In this document: piece by piece, positions 45,603 to 59,823 of the stretch
How positions within the stretch are numbered: the first letter of the stretch is position 1
How the letters are laid out: every line of letters starts with the position of its first letter
NCBI GenBank assembly: GCA_964035545.1
Contig: CAXIUT010000183.1
Location: forward strand, 310,001 to 374,000
DNA from: Bugula neritina
Lineage: Eukaryota > Animalia > Bryozoa
Direction: 5' to 3'
Length of the DNA stretch: 64,000 nt
Notes under the pieces: model-generated
What the model was told of the DNA's origin: nothing
What the model saw: only the letters and a program-made list of their open reading frames with translations
The model's database searches: none
Translations under genes and position numbers: made by a program

Positions 45603-48600
45603 AACATATTGAAATACACTGCAACACTTTGAAATATACTGCAACATACCGAAATATATGGTAAACTACTAAAATATACTGTAACACTTTGAAAAATAGT
45701 GCAACACACTGAAATATACTCTGACACATTGCAATATACTGTAACATACTGAAATATGCTGTAGCACACTGAAATACATTGCAACTCACTGAAATATACT
45801 GCAACATACTGAAATACACTGTAACATATTGAAAAATACTGCAACATACTGCAACATACTGAAATACACTGCAACATATTGAAAGACACTGCAAGACAAT
45901 GAAATATACTGCAACATACTGAAATATACTGTAACACACTGAAATATACTGCAACATACTGAAATACACTGCTACATACTGAAATATACTGCAACATACT
46001 GCAACATACTGAAATACACTGTAACATACTGAAATACACTGCAACAAACTACAACATATTGAAATACACTGCAACACATTGAAATATACTGCAACATACC
46101 TAAATATACGGTAATATACCGAAAAAAAAACTGTAACAGATTGAAAAATTCTGCAACATACTGAAATAAACTGCAACACACTGAAATACACCGCAAAATA
46201 CTACAACATACTGAAATACACTGTAACATATTGAAATACACTGCAACACTTTGAAATATACTGCAACATACCGAAATATATGTTAAACTACTAAAATATA
46301 CTGTAACACTTTGAAAAACAGTGCAACATACTGAAATATACTGCGACACTTTGCAATGTACTGTAACATACTGAAATATGCTGTAGCACACTGAAATACA
46401 CTGCAACTCACTGAAATATACTGCAACATATTGAAATACACTGCAACATCCTACAACATGCTAAAATACACGGTAACATATTGAAATACAGTACAACACG
46501 TTGAAATATACTGCAACATACCGGAATATATGGTAAAGTACTGAAATATACTGTAACACACTGAAAAATACTGCAACATACTGAAATATACTGCGACACA
46601 TTGCAATATACTGCAACATACCAAAATATATGGTAAACTACTGAAATATACTTTAACACATTGAAAAATACTGCAACATACTGAAATATACTGTAACACA
46701 CTGAAATATACTGCAACATACTGAAATACACTGTAACATACTGAAATAAACTGCAACATACCAAAATATATGGTAAACTACTGAAATATACTTTAACACA
46801 TTGAAAAATCCTGCAACATACTAAAATATACTGTAACACACTGCAAGATACTGCAACATACTGAAATACACTGAAACATACTGAAATAAACTGCAACATA
46901 CCAAAATACATGGTAAACTACTGAAATATACTGTAACACACTGAAAAATACTGCAACATACTGAAATATACTGCGACACATTGCAATATACTGCAACATA
47001 CCAAAATATATGGTAAACTACTGAAATATACTTTAACACATTGAAAATTACTGCAACATACTGAAATATACTGTAACACACTGAAATATACTGCAACAAA
47101 CTGAAATACACTGTAACATATTGAAATAAACTGCAACATACCAAAATATATGGTAAACTACTGAAATATACTTTAACACATTGAAAAAGACTGCAACATA
47201 CTAAAATATACCGTAACACACTGCAAGATACTGCAACATACCGAAATACACTGTAACATACTGAAACACACTGCAACATACTGCATTATACTGACATACA
47301 CTGGAACATATTGAAATACACTGCAACACAATGAAATATACTGCAACATACCAAAATATATGGTAAACTACTGAAATATACTTTAACACATTGAAAAATA
47401 CTGCAACATACTGAAATATACTGTAACACACTGAAATATACTGCAACATACTGAAATACACTGCAACATACTGAAATAAACTGTAACATACTGAAATACA
47501 CTGCAACATCCTACAACATACTGAATTACACTGTAACATTGTGAAATACACTGCAACACATTGAAAAATACTGCAACATACCGAAATATACGGTAAACTA
47601 TTGAATTATACTGTAACACATTGAAAAATACTGAAACACACTGAAATATACTCTGACACAATGCAATATACTGTAACATACTGAAATATGCTGTAGCACA
47701 CTGAAATACACTGCAACTCACTGAAATATACTACAACATACTGAAAAACACTGTAACATATTGAAACATACTGCAACATACTACAACATATTGAAAGACA
47801 CTGCAACACATTGAAATATACTGCAACATACCTAAATATCCGGTAATATACTGAAATATACTGTAACACATTGAAAAATACTACAACATACTGAAATACA
47901 CTGTAACATATTGAAATACACTGCAACACATTGAAATATACTGCAACCTATAGAAATATATGGTAAACTACTGAAATATACTGTAACACATTGAAAAATA
48001 CTGCAACATACTGAAACATACTGCGACACATTGCAATATACAGTAACATACTGAAACATGCTGTAGCACACTGAAATAGACTGCAGCTCACTGAAATATA
48101 CTGCAACATACTGAAATACACTGCTACATACTGAAATATACTGCAACATACTGCAACATACTGAAATACACTGTAACATACTGAAATACACTACAACAAA
48201 CTACAACATATTGAAATACACTGCAACACATTGAAATATACTGCAATATACCTAAATATACGGTAATATACCAAAAAAAAAACTGTAACAGATTGAAAAA
48301 TTCTGCAACATACTGAAATAAACTGCAACACACTGAAATACAGCGCAAAATACTACAACATACTGAAATACACTGTAACATATTGAAATACACTGCAACA
48401 CTTTGAAATATACTGCAACATACCGAAATATATGGTAAACTACTAAAATATACTGTAACACTTTGAAAAATAGTGCAACACACTGAAATATACTCTGACA
48501 CATTGCAATATACTGTAACATACTGAAATATGCTGTAGCACACTGAAATACATTGCAACTCACTGAAATATACTGCAACATACCGAAATACACTGTAACA

Positions 48601-51600
48601 TATTGAAAAATACTGCAACATACTGCAACATACTGAAATACACTGTAACATACTGAAATACATTGCAAAATACTACAACATACTGAAATACACTGTAACA
48701 CATTGAAATATACTACAACATACCTAAATATCCGGTAATATACTGAAATATACTGTAACACATTGAAAAATACTGCAACATACTGAAATACACTGCAACC
48801 CACTGAAATACATCGCAAAATACTACAACATACTGAAATACACTGTAACATATTGAAATACACTGCAACACATTGAAATATACTGCAACCTACAGAAATA
48901 GGTGGTAAACTACTGAAATATACTGTAACACATTGAAAAATACTGCAACATACTGAAACATACTGCGACACATTGCAATATACTGTAACATACTGAAATA
49001 TGCTCCAGCACACTGAAATACACTGCAACCCACTGAAATATACTGCAACATACCGGAATATATGGTAAAGTACTGAAATATACTGTAACACACTGAAAAA
49101 TACTGCAACATACTGAAATATACTGCGACACATTGCAATATACTGCAACATACCAAAATATATGGTAAACTACTGAAATATACTTTAACACATTGAAAAA
49201 TACTGCAACATACTGAAATATACTGTAACACACTGAAATATACTGCAACATACTGAAATACACTGTAACATACTGAAATAAACTGCAACATACCAAAATA
49301 TATGGTAAACTACTGAAATATACTTTAACACATTGAAAAATCCTGCAACATACTAAAATATACTGTAACACACTGCAAGATACTGCAACATACTGAAATA
49401 CACTGAAACATACTGAAATAAACTGCAACCTACCAAAATATATGGTAAACTACTGAAATATACTGTAACACACTGAAAATTACTGCAACATACTGAAATA
49501 TACTGTAACACACTGAAATATACTGCAACAAACTGAAATACACTGTAACATATTGAAATAAACTGCAACATACCAAAATATATGGTAAACTACTGAAATA
49601 TACTTTAACACATTGAAAAATACTGCAACATACTAAAATATACCGTAACACACTGCAAGATACTGCAACATACCGAAATACACTGTAACATACTGAAACA
49701 CACTGCAACATACTGCATTATACTGACATACACTGGAACATATTGAAATACACTGCAACACAATGAAATATACTGCAACATACCAAAATATATGGTAAAC
49801 TACTGAAATATACTTTAACACATTGAAAAATACTGCAACATACTGAAATATACTGTAACACACTGGAATATACTGCAACATACTGAAAAATTCTGCAACA
49901 TACTGAAATAAACTGCAACACACTGAAATACAGCGCAAAATACTACAACATACTGAAATACACTGTAACATATTGAAATACACTGCAACACTTTGAAATA
50001 TACTGCAACATACCGAAATATATGGTAAACTACTAAAATATACTGTAACACTTTGAAAAATAGTGCAACACACTGAAATATACTCTGACACATTGCAATA
50101 TACTGTAACATACTGAAATATGCTGTAGCACACTGAAATACATTGCAACTCACTGAAATATACTGCAACATACTGAAATACACTGTAACATATTGAAAAA
50201 TACTGCAACATACTGCAACATACTGAAATACACTGCAACATATTGAAAGACACTGCAAGACAATGAAATATACTGCAACATACTGAAATATACTGTAACA
50301 CACTGAAATATACTGCAACATACTGAAATACACTGCTACATACTGAAATATACTGCAACATACTGCAACATACTGAAATACACTGTAACATACTGAAATA
50401 CACTGCAACAAACTACAACATATTGAAATACACTGCAACACATTGAAATATACTGCAACATACCTAAATATACGGTAATATAGCGGAAAAAAACTGTAAC
50501 AGATTGACAAATTCTGCAACATACTGAAATATACTGCGACACATTGCAATATACTGTAACATACTGAAATATGCTCTAGCACACTGAAATACACTGCAAC
50601 CCACTGAAACATACTGCAACATACGGAAATACACTGCAACACATTGAAATACACTGCAACATACCAAAATAAATGGTAAACTACTGAAATATACTTTAAC
50701 ACATTGAAAAATACTGCAACATACTGAAATATACTGTAACACACTGAAATATACTGCAACATACTGAAATACACTGTAACATATTGAAACACACTGCAAC
50801 AAACTACAACATATTGAAATACACTGCAACGCATTGAAAGACACTGCAACACATTGAAATATACTGCAATATACCAATATATATGGTAAACTGCTGAAAT
50901 ATACTTTAACACATTGAAAAATACTGCAACATACTGAAATATACTGTAACACACTGAAATATACTGCAACATACTACAACGATCTGAAATACACTGTAAC
51001 ATACTGAAATACACTGCAACAAACTACAACATATTGAAATACACTGCAACACATTGAAATATACTGCAACATACCTAAATATACGGTAATATACCGAAAA
51101 AAAAACTGTAACAGATTGAAAAATTCTGCAACATACTGAAATAAACTGCAACACACTGAAATACACCGCAAAATACTACAACATACTGAAATACACTGTA
51201 ACATATTGAAATACACTGCAACACTTTGAAATATACTGCAACACACCGAAATATATGTTAAACTACTAAAATATACTGTAACACTTTGAAAAACAGTGCA
51301 ACATACTGAAATGTACTGCGACACTTTGCAATGTACTGTAACATACTGAAATATGCTGTAGCACACTGAAATACACTGCAACTCACTGAAATATACTGCA
51401 ACATATTGAAATACACTGCAACATCCTACAACATGCTAAAATACACGGTAACATATTGAAATACAGTACAACACGTTGAAATATACTGCAACATACCGGA
51501 ATATATGGTAAAGTACTGAAATATACTGTAACACACTGAAAAATACTGCAACATACTGAAATATACTGCGACACATTGCAATATACTGCAACATACCAAA

Positions 51601-54600
51601 ATATATGGTAAACTACTGAAATATACTTTAACACATTGAAAAATACTGCAACATACTGAAATATACTGTAACACACTGAAATATACTGCAACATACTGAA
51701 ATACACTGTAACATACTGAAATAAACTGCAACATACCAAAATATATGGTAAACTACTGAAATATACTTTAACACATTGAAAAATCCTGCAACATACTAAA
51801 ATATACTGTAACACACTGCAAGATACTGCAACATACTGAAATACACTGAAACATACTGAAATAAACTGCAACATACCAAAATACATGGTAAACTACTGAA
51901 ATATACTGTAACACACTGAAAAATACGGCAACATACTGAAATATACTGCGACACATTGCAATATACTGCAACATACCAAAATATATGGTAAACTACTGAA
52001 ATATACTTTAACACATTGAAAATTACTGCAACATACTGAAATATACTGTAACACACTGAAATATACTGCAACAAACTGAAATACACTGTAACATATTGAA
52101 ATAAACTGCAACATACCAAAATATATGGTAAACTACTGAAATATACTTTAACACATTGAAAAATACTGCAACATACTAAAATATACCGTAACACACTGCA
52201 AGATACTGCAACATACCGAAATACACTGTAACATACTGAAACACACTGCAACATACTGCATTATACTGACATACACTGGAACATATTGAAATACACTGCA
52301 ACACAATGAAATATACTGCAACATACCAAAATATATGGTAAACTACTGAAATATACTTTAACACATTGAAAAATACTGCAACATACTGAAATATACTGTA
52401 ACACACTGAAATATACTGCAACATACTGAAATACACTGTAACATACTGAAATAAACTGTAACATATTGAAATACACTGCAACATCCTACAACATACTGAA
52501 TTACACTGTAACATTGTGAAATACACTGCAACACATTGAAAAATACTGCAACATACCGAAATATACGGTAAACTATTGAATTATACTGTAACACATTGAA
52601 AAATACTGAAACACACTGAAATATACTCTGACACAATGCAATATACTGTAACATACTGAAATATGCTGTAGCACACTGAAATACACTGCAACTCACTGAA
52701 ATATACTACAACATACTGAAAAACACTGTAACATATTGAAACCTACTGCAACATACTACAACATATTGAAAGACACTGCAACACATTGAAATATACTGCA
52801 ACATACCTAAATATCCGGTAATATACTGAAATATACTGTAACACATTGAAAAATACTACAACATACTGAAATACACTGTAACATATTGAAATACACTGCA
52901 ACACATTGAAATATACTGCAACCTATAGAAATATATGGTAAACTACTGAAATATACTGTAACACATTGAAAAATACTGCAACATACTGAAACATACTGCG
53001 ACACATTGCAATATACAGTAACATACTGAAACATGCTGTAGCACACTGAAATAGACTGCAGCTCACTGAAATATACTGCAACATACTGAAATACACTGCT
53101 ACATACTGAAATATACTGCAACATACTGCAACATACTGAAATACACTGTAACATACTGAAATACACTGCAACAAACTACAACATATTGAAATATACTGCA
53201 ACACATTGAAATATACTGCAACATACCTAAATATACGGTAATATACCGAAAAAAAAACTGTAACAGATTGAAAAATTCTGCAACATACTGAAATAAACTG
53301 CAACACACTGAAATACAGCGCAAAATACTACAACATACTGAAATACACTGTAACATATTGAAATACACTGCAACACTTTGAAATATACTGCAACATACCG
53401 AAATATATGGTAAACTACTAAAATATACTGTAACACTTTGAAAAATAGTGCAACACACTGAAATATACTCTGACACATTGCAATATACTGTAACATACTG
53501 AAATATGCTGTAGCACACTGAAATACATTGCAACTCACTGAAATATACTGCAACATACTGAAATACACTGTAACATATTGAAAAATACTGCAACATACTG
53601 CAACATACTGAAATACACTGCAAGATACTGCAACATACTGAAATACACTGAAATATACTGCAACATACTGAAATATACTGTAACACACTGAAATATACTG
53701 CAACATACTGAAATACACTGCTACATACTGAAATATACTGCAACATACTGCAACATACTGAAATACACTGTAACATACTGAAATACACTGCAACAAACTA
53801 CAACATATTGAAATACACTGCAACACATTGAAATATACTGCAACATACCTAAATATACGGTAATATAGCGGAAAAAAACTGTAACAGATTGACAAATTCT
53901 GCAACATACTGAAATATACTGCGACACATTGCAATATACTGTAACATACGGAAATATGCTGTAGCACACTGAAATACATTGCAACTCACTGAAATATACT
54001 GCAACATACTGAAATACACTGTAACATATTGAAAAATACTGCAACATACTGCAACATACTGAAATACACTGCAACATATTGAAAGACACTGCAAGACAAT
54101 GAAATATACTGCAACATACTGAAATACACTGCTACATACTGAAATATACTGCAACATACTGCAACATACTGAAATACACTGTAACATACTGAAATACACT
54201 GCAACAAACTACAACATATTGAAATACACTGCAACACATTGAAATATACTGCAACATACCTAAATATACGGTAATATAGCGGAAAAAAACTGTAACAGAT
54301 TGACAAATTCTGCAACATACTGAAATATACTGCGACACATTGCAATATACTGTAACATACTGAAATATGCTCTAGCACACTGAAATACACTGCAACCCAC
54401 TGAAATATACTGCAACATACGGAAATACACTGCAACACATTGAAATACACTGCAACATACCAAAATAAATGGTAAACTACTGAAATATACTTTAACACAT
54501 TGAAAAATACTGCAACATACTGAAATATACTGTAACACACTGAAATATACTGCAACATACTGAAATACACTGTAACATATTGAAACACACTGCAACAAAC

Positions 54601-57600
54601 TACAACATATTGAAATACACTGCAACGCATTGAAAGACACTGCAACACATTGAAATATACTGCAATATACCAATATATATGGTAAACTGCTGAAATATAC
54701 TTCAACACATTGAAAAATACTGCAACATACTGAAATATACTGTAACACACTGAAATATACTGCAACATACTGCAACAATCTGAAATACACTGTAACATAC
54801 TGAAATACACTGCAACAAACTACAACATATTGAAATACACTGCAACACATTGAAATATACTGCAACATACCTAAATATACGGTAATATACCGAAAAAAAA
54901 ACTGTAACAGATTGAAAAATTCTGCAACATACTGAAATAAACTGCAACACACTGAAATACACCGCAAAATACTACAACATACTGAAATACACTGTAACAT
55001 ATTGAAATACACTGCAACACTTTGAAATATACTGCAACATACCGAAATATATGTTAAACTACTAAAATATACTGTAACACTTTGAAAAACAGTGCAACAT
55101 ACTGAAATATACTGCGACACTTTGCAATGTACTGTAACATACTGAAATATGCTGTAGCACACTGAAATACACTGCAACTCACTGAAATATACTGCAACAT
55201 ATTGAAATACACTGCAACATCCTACAACATGCTAAAATACACGGTAACATATTGAAATACAGTACAACACGTTGAAATATACTGCAACATACCGGAATAT
55301 ATGGTAAAGTACTGAAATATACTGTAACACACTGAAAAATACTGCAACATACTGAAATATACTGCGACACATTGCAATATACTGCAACATACCAAAATAT
55401 ATGGTAAACTACTGAAATATACTTTAACACATTGAAAAATACTGCAACATACTGAAATATACTGTAACACACTGAAATATACTGCAACATACTGAAATAC
55501 ACTGTAACATACTGAAATAAACTGCAACATACCAAAATATATGGTAAACTACTGAAATATACTTTAACACATTGAAAAATCCTGCAACATACTAAAATAT
55601 ACTGTAACACACTGCAAGATACTGCAACATACTGAAATACACTGAAACATACTGAAATAAACTGCAACATACCAAAATACATGGTAAACTACTGAAATAT
55701 ACTGTAACACACTGAAAAATACTGCAACATACTGAAATACACTGTAACATATTGAAATAAACTGCAACATACCAAAATATATGGTAAACTACTGAAATAT
55801 ACTTTAACACATTGAAAAAGACTGCAACATACTAAAATATACCGTAACACACTGCAAGATACTGCAACATACCGAAATACACTGTAACATACTGAAACAC
55901 ACTGCAACATACTGCATTATACTGACATACACTGGAACATATTGAAATACACTGCAACACAATGAAATATACTGCAACATACCAAAATATATGGTAAACT
56001 ACTGAAATATACTTTAACACATTGAAAAATACTGCAACATACTGAAATATACTGTAACACACTGAAATATACTGCAACATACTGAAATACACTGTAACAT
56101 ACTGAAATAAACTGTAACATACTGAAATACACTGCAACATCCTACAACATACTGAATTACACTGTAACATTGTGAAATACACTGCAACACATTGAAAAAT
56201 ACTGCAACATACCGAAATATACGGTAAACTATTGAATTATACTGTAACACATTGAAAAATACCGAAACACACTGAAATATACTCTGACACAATGCAATAT
56301 ACTGTAACATACTGAAATATGCTGTAGCACACTGAAATACACTGCAACTCACTGAAATATACTACAACATACTGAAAAACACTGTAACATATTGAAACAT
56401 ACTGCAACATACTACAACATATTGAAAGACACTGCAACACATTGCAATATACTGCAACATACCTAAATATCCGGTAATATACTGAAATATACTGTAACAC
56501 ATTGAAAAATACTACAACACATTGAAATATACTGCAACACATTGAAAAATACTGCAACATACCGAAATATACGGTAAACTATTGAATTATACTGTAACAC
56601 ATTGAAAAATACCGAAACACACTGAAATATACTCTGACACAATGCAATATACTGTAACATACTGAAATATGCTGTAGCACACTGAAATACACTGCAACTC
56701 ACTGAAATATACTACAACATACTGAAAAACACTGTAACATATTGAAACATACTGCAACATACTACAACATATTGAAAGACACTGCAACACATTGCAATAT
56801 ACTGCAACATACCTAAATATCCGGTAATATACTGAAATACACTGTAACATATTGAAATACACTGCAACACATTGAAATATACTGCAACCTATAGAAATAT
56901 ATGGTAAACTACTGAAATATACTGTAACACATTGAAAAATACTGCAACATACTGAAACATACTGCGACACATTGCAATATACACTAACATACTGAAACAT
57001 GCTGTAGCACACTGAAATAGACTGCAGCTCACTGAAATATACTGCAACATACTGAAATACACTGCTACATACTGAAATATACTGCAACATACTGCAACAT
57101 ACTGAAATACACTGTAACATACTGAAATACACTGCAACAAACTACAACATATTGAAATACACTGCAACACATTGAAATACACTGCAACATACCAAAATAA
57201 ATGGTAAACTACTGAAATATACTTTAACACATTGAAAAATACTGCAACATACTGAAATATACTGTAACACACTGAAATATACTGCAACATACTGAAATAC
57301 ACTGTAACATATTGAAACACACTGCAACAAACTACAACATATTGAAATACACTGCAACGCATTCAAAGACACTGCAACACATTGAAATATACTGCAACAT
57401 ACTGAAATACACTGTAACATATTGAAATACACTGCAACACTTTGAAATATACTGCAACATACCGAAATATATGTTAAACTACTAAAATATACTGTAACAC
57501 TTTGAAAAACAGTGCAACATACTGAAATATACTGCGACACTTTGCAATGTACTGTAACATACTGAAATATGCTGTAGCACACTGAAATACACTGCAACTC

Positions 57601-59162
57601 ACTGAAATATACTGCAACATATTGAAATACACTGCAACATCCTACAACATGCTAAAATACACGGTAACATATTGAAATACAGTACAACACGTTGAAATAT
57701 ACTGCAACATACCGGAATTTATGGTAAAGTACTGAAATATACTGTAACACACTGAAAAATACTGCAACATACTGAAATATACTGCGACACATTGCAATAT
57801 ACTGCAACATACCAAAATATAGGGTAAACTACTGAAATATACTTTAACACATTGAAAAATACTGCAACATACTGAAATATACTGTAACACACTGAAATAT
57901 ACTGCAACATACTGAAATACACTGTAACATACTGAAATAAACTGCAACATACCAAAATATATGGTAAACTACTGAAATATACTTTAACACATTGAAAAAT
58001 CCTGCAACATACTAAAATATACTGTAACACACTGCAAGATACTGCAACATACTGAAATACACTGAAACATACTGAAATAAACTGCAACATACCAAAATAC
58101 ATGGTAAACTACTGAAATATACTGTAACACACTGAAAAATACTGCAACATACTGAAATATACTGCGACACATTGCAATATACTGCAACATACCAAAATAT
58201 ATGGTAAACTACTGAAATATACTTTAACACATTGAAAATTACTGCAACATACTGAAATATACTGTAACACACTGAAATATACTGCAACAAACTGAAATAC
58301 ACTGTAACATATTGAAATAAACTGCAACATACCAAAATATATGGTAAACTACTGAAATATACTTTAACACATTGAAAAAGACTGCAACATACTAAAATAT
58401 ACCGTAACACACTGCAAGATACTGCAACATACCGAAATACACTGTAACATACTGAAACACACTGCAACATACTGCATTATACTGACATACACTGGAACAT
58501 ATTGAAATACACTGCAACACAATGAAATATACTGCAACATACCAAAATATATGGTAAACTACTGAAATATACTTTAACACATTGAAAAATACTGCAACAT
58601 ACTGAAATATACTGTAACACACTGAAATATACTGCAACATACTGAAATACACTGTAACATACTGAAATAAACTGTAACATACTGAAATACACTGCAACAT
58701 CCTACAACATACTGACTTACACTGTAACATTGTGAAATACACTGCAACACATTGAAAAATACTGCAACATACCGAAATATACGGTAAACTATTGAATTAT
58801 ACTGTAACACATTGAAAAATACTGAAACACACTGAAATATACTCTGACACAATGCAATATACTGTAACATACTGAAATATGCTGTAGCACACTGAAATAC
58901 ACTGCAACTCACTGAAATATACTACAACATACTGAAAAACACTGTAACATATTGAAACATACTGCAACATACTACAACATATTGAAAGACACTGCAACAC
59001 ATTGCAATATACTGCAACATACCTAAATATCCGGTAATATACTGAAATATACTGTAACACATTGAAAAATACTACAACATACTGAAATACACTGTAACAT
59101 ATTGAAATACACTGCAACACATTGAAATATACTGCAACCTATAGAAATATATGGTAAACTAC
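45603..59162. repeat. Satellite array, segment 2 (same 10/20-bp family)
   Basis: Same units and variant words as segment 1. It continues the module interrupted at 40204 exactly (compare the uninterrupted copy at ~30600-30700). Confidence 0.98.
59158..59162 (+). other. Target-site duplication ACTAC (left copy; right copy 63589-63593)
   Basis: GGTAA-ACTAC|TGTCAC...GTGACA|ACTAC-TGAAATA. Collapsing it gives the common satellite word GGTAAACTACTGAAATA. Confidence 0.93.
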
Positions 59163-59727
59163 TGTCACAAATTCTGAGTGTACATATACCTATAAATAGA
59201 CTTACCGGGTTTTTCCTAATGATTATACAGGAATGTTCATAAATATTCTAGACTAATCAAAGAGATGGGTCATTGTTCATTGTTACTGTTTTGGTTAGTC
59301 ATGTTAACTACTGCCCAGCAATGTAAACAAGGTATTGCGCAATAATTGCGAAATAACCATGGAAATTCCAATGTTTTGTTTTGTTTTGATTTTCTATAAA
59401 TAGTATTGGCATGTGGGGAATGTTTTCTACTAGAATCTTCTGTACTGGAATGCTTGAGAATATTCTAGAGCTTTTTGTTTACTATAAATACTGAGGCAGT
59501 TGTGTTTACAGTTCAGTTCATTCTCGCAGTTCCTTTTTATAAGTTCATTCTCGGAGTTCATTTTTATACATTCATCTGTGCATATCTTACTAGAGAAATA
59601 AAGTATACTTATATTCACAACTCTATTTACTCTCAACTGGATTAGCAAGCTGTATGCTACTTGTCTCTATACTTCTGACTTACAGACTTTTCGAACTCGT
59701 CACACTGCTACCAACAGTTTTGTGACA
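59163..59727 (+). repeat. 5' LTR (565 bp)
   Basis: Starts TGTCACAAA and ends TTTGTGACA (9-bp terminal inverted repeat). I found no differences from 63024-63588 by eye. TATAAATA occurs at 59191, 59395 and 59483, and AATAAA at 59597. Confidence 0.96.
59228..59602 (+). promoter_or_regulatory. Putative LTR promoter/polyA region: HSE-like nGAAn arrays, C/EBP-type palindrome, forkhead-type sites, TATA boxes, AATAAA
   Basis: gGAAt-gTTCa-tAAAt-aTTCt-aGACt at 59230-59254; TATTGCGCAATA at 59333-59344; GTAAACA at ~59323; aGAAt-aTTCt-aGAGc at 59457-59471, 12 bp before TATAAATA at 59483; AATAAA at 59597. These are motif matches only. Confidence 0.4.
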
Positions 59728-59729
59728 AT

Positions 59730-59747
59730 TGGGGGCTGCTCCGGGAA
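59730..59747 (+). other. Primer-binding site, tRNA-Pro-like
   Basis: TGGGGGCTGCTCCGGGAA lies 2 nt after the 5' LTR. The canonical tRNA-Pro PBS (as in MLV) is TGGGGGCTCGTCCGGGAT, a 15/18 match. Confidence 0.8.
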
Positions 59748-59823
59748 GTCTCAGTCGCACACAGGGAAGTTATTAGTTACAACGTGAGTATACACAAGAT
59801 TAATTAACAGTTGTTGAGACATT

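Noticed and set aside
59781-59812. Splice donor GTGAGT (59784) and nearby AACAG acceptor in the retroelement leader
   Set aside because: The implied intron is only ~27 nt and there is no downstream env-like ORF to splice to. It is unsupported without RNA data.
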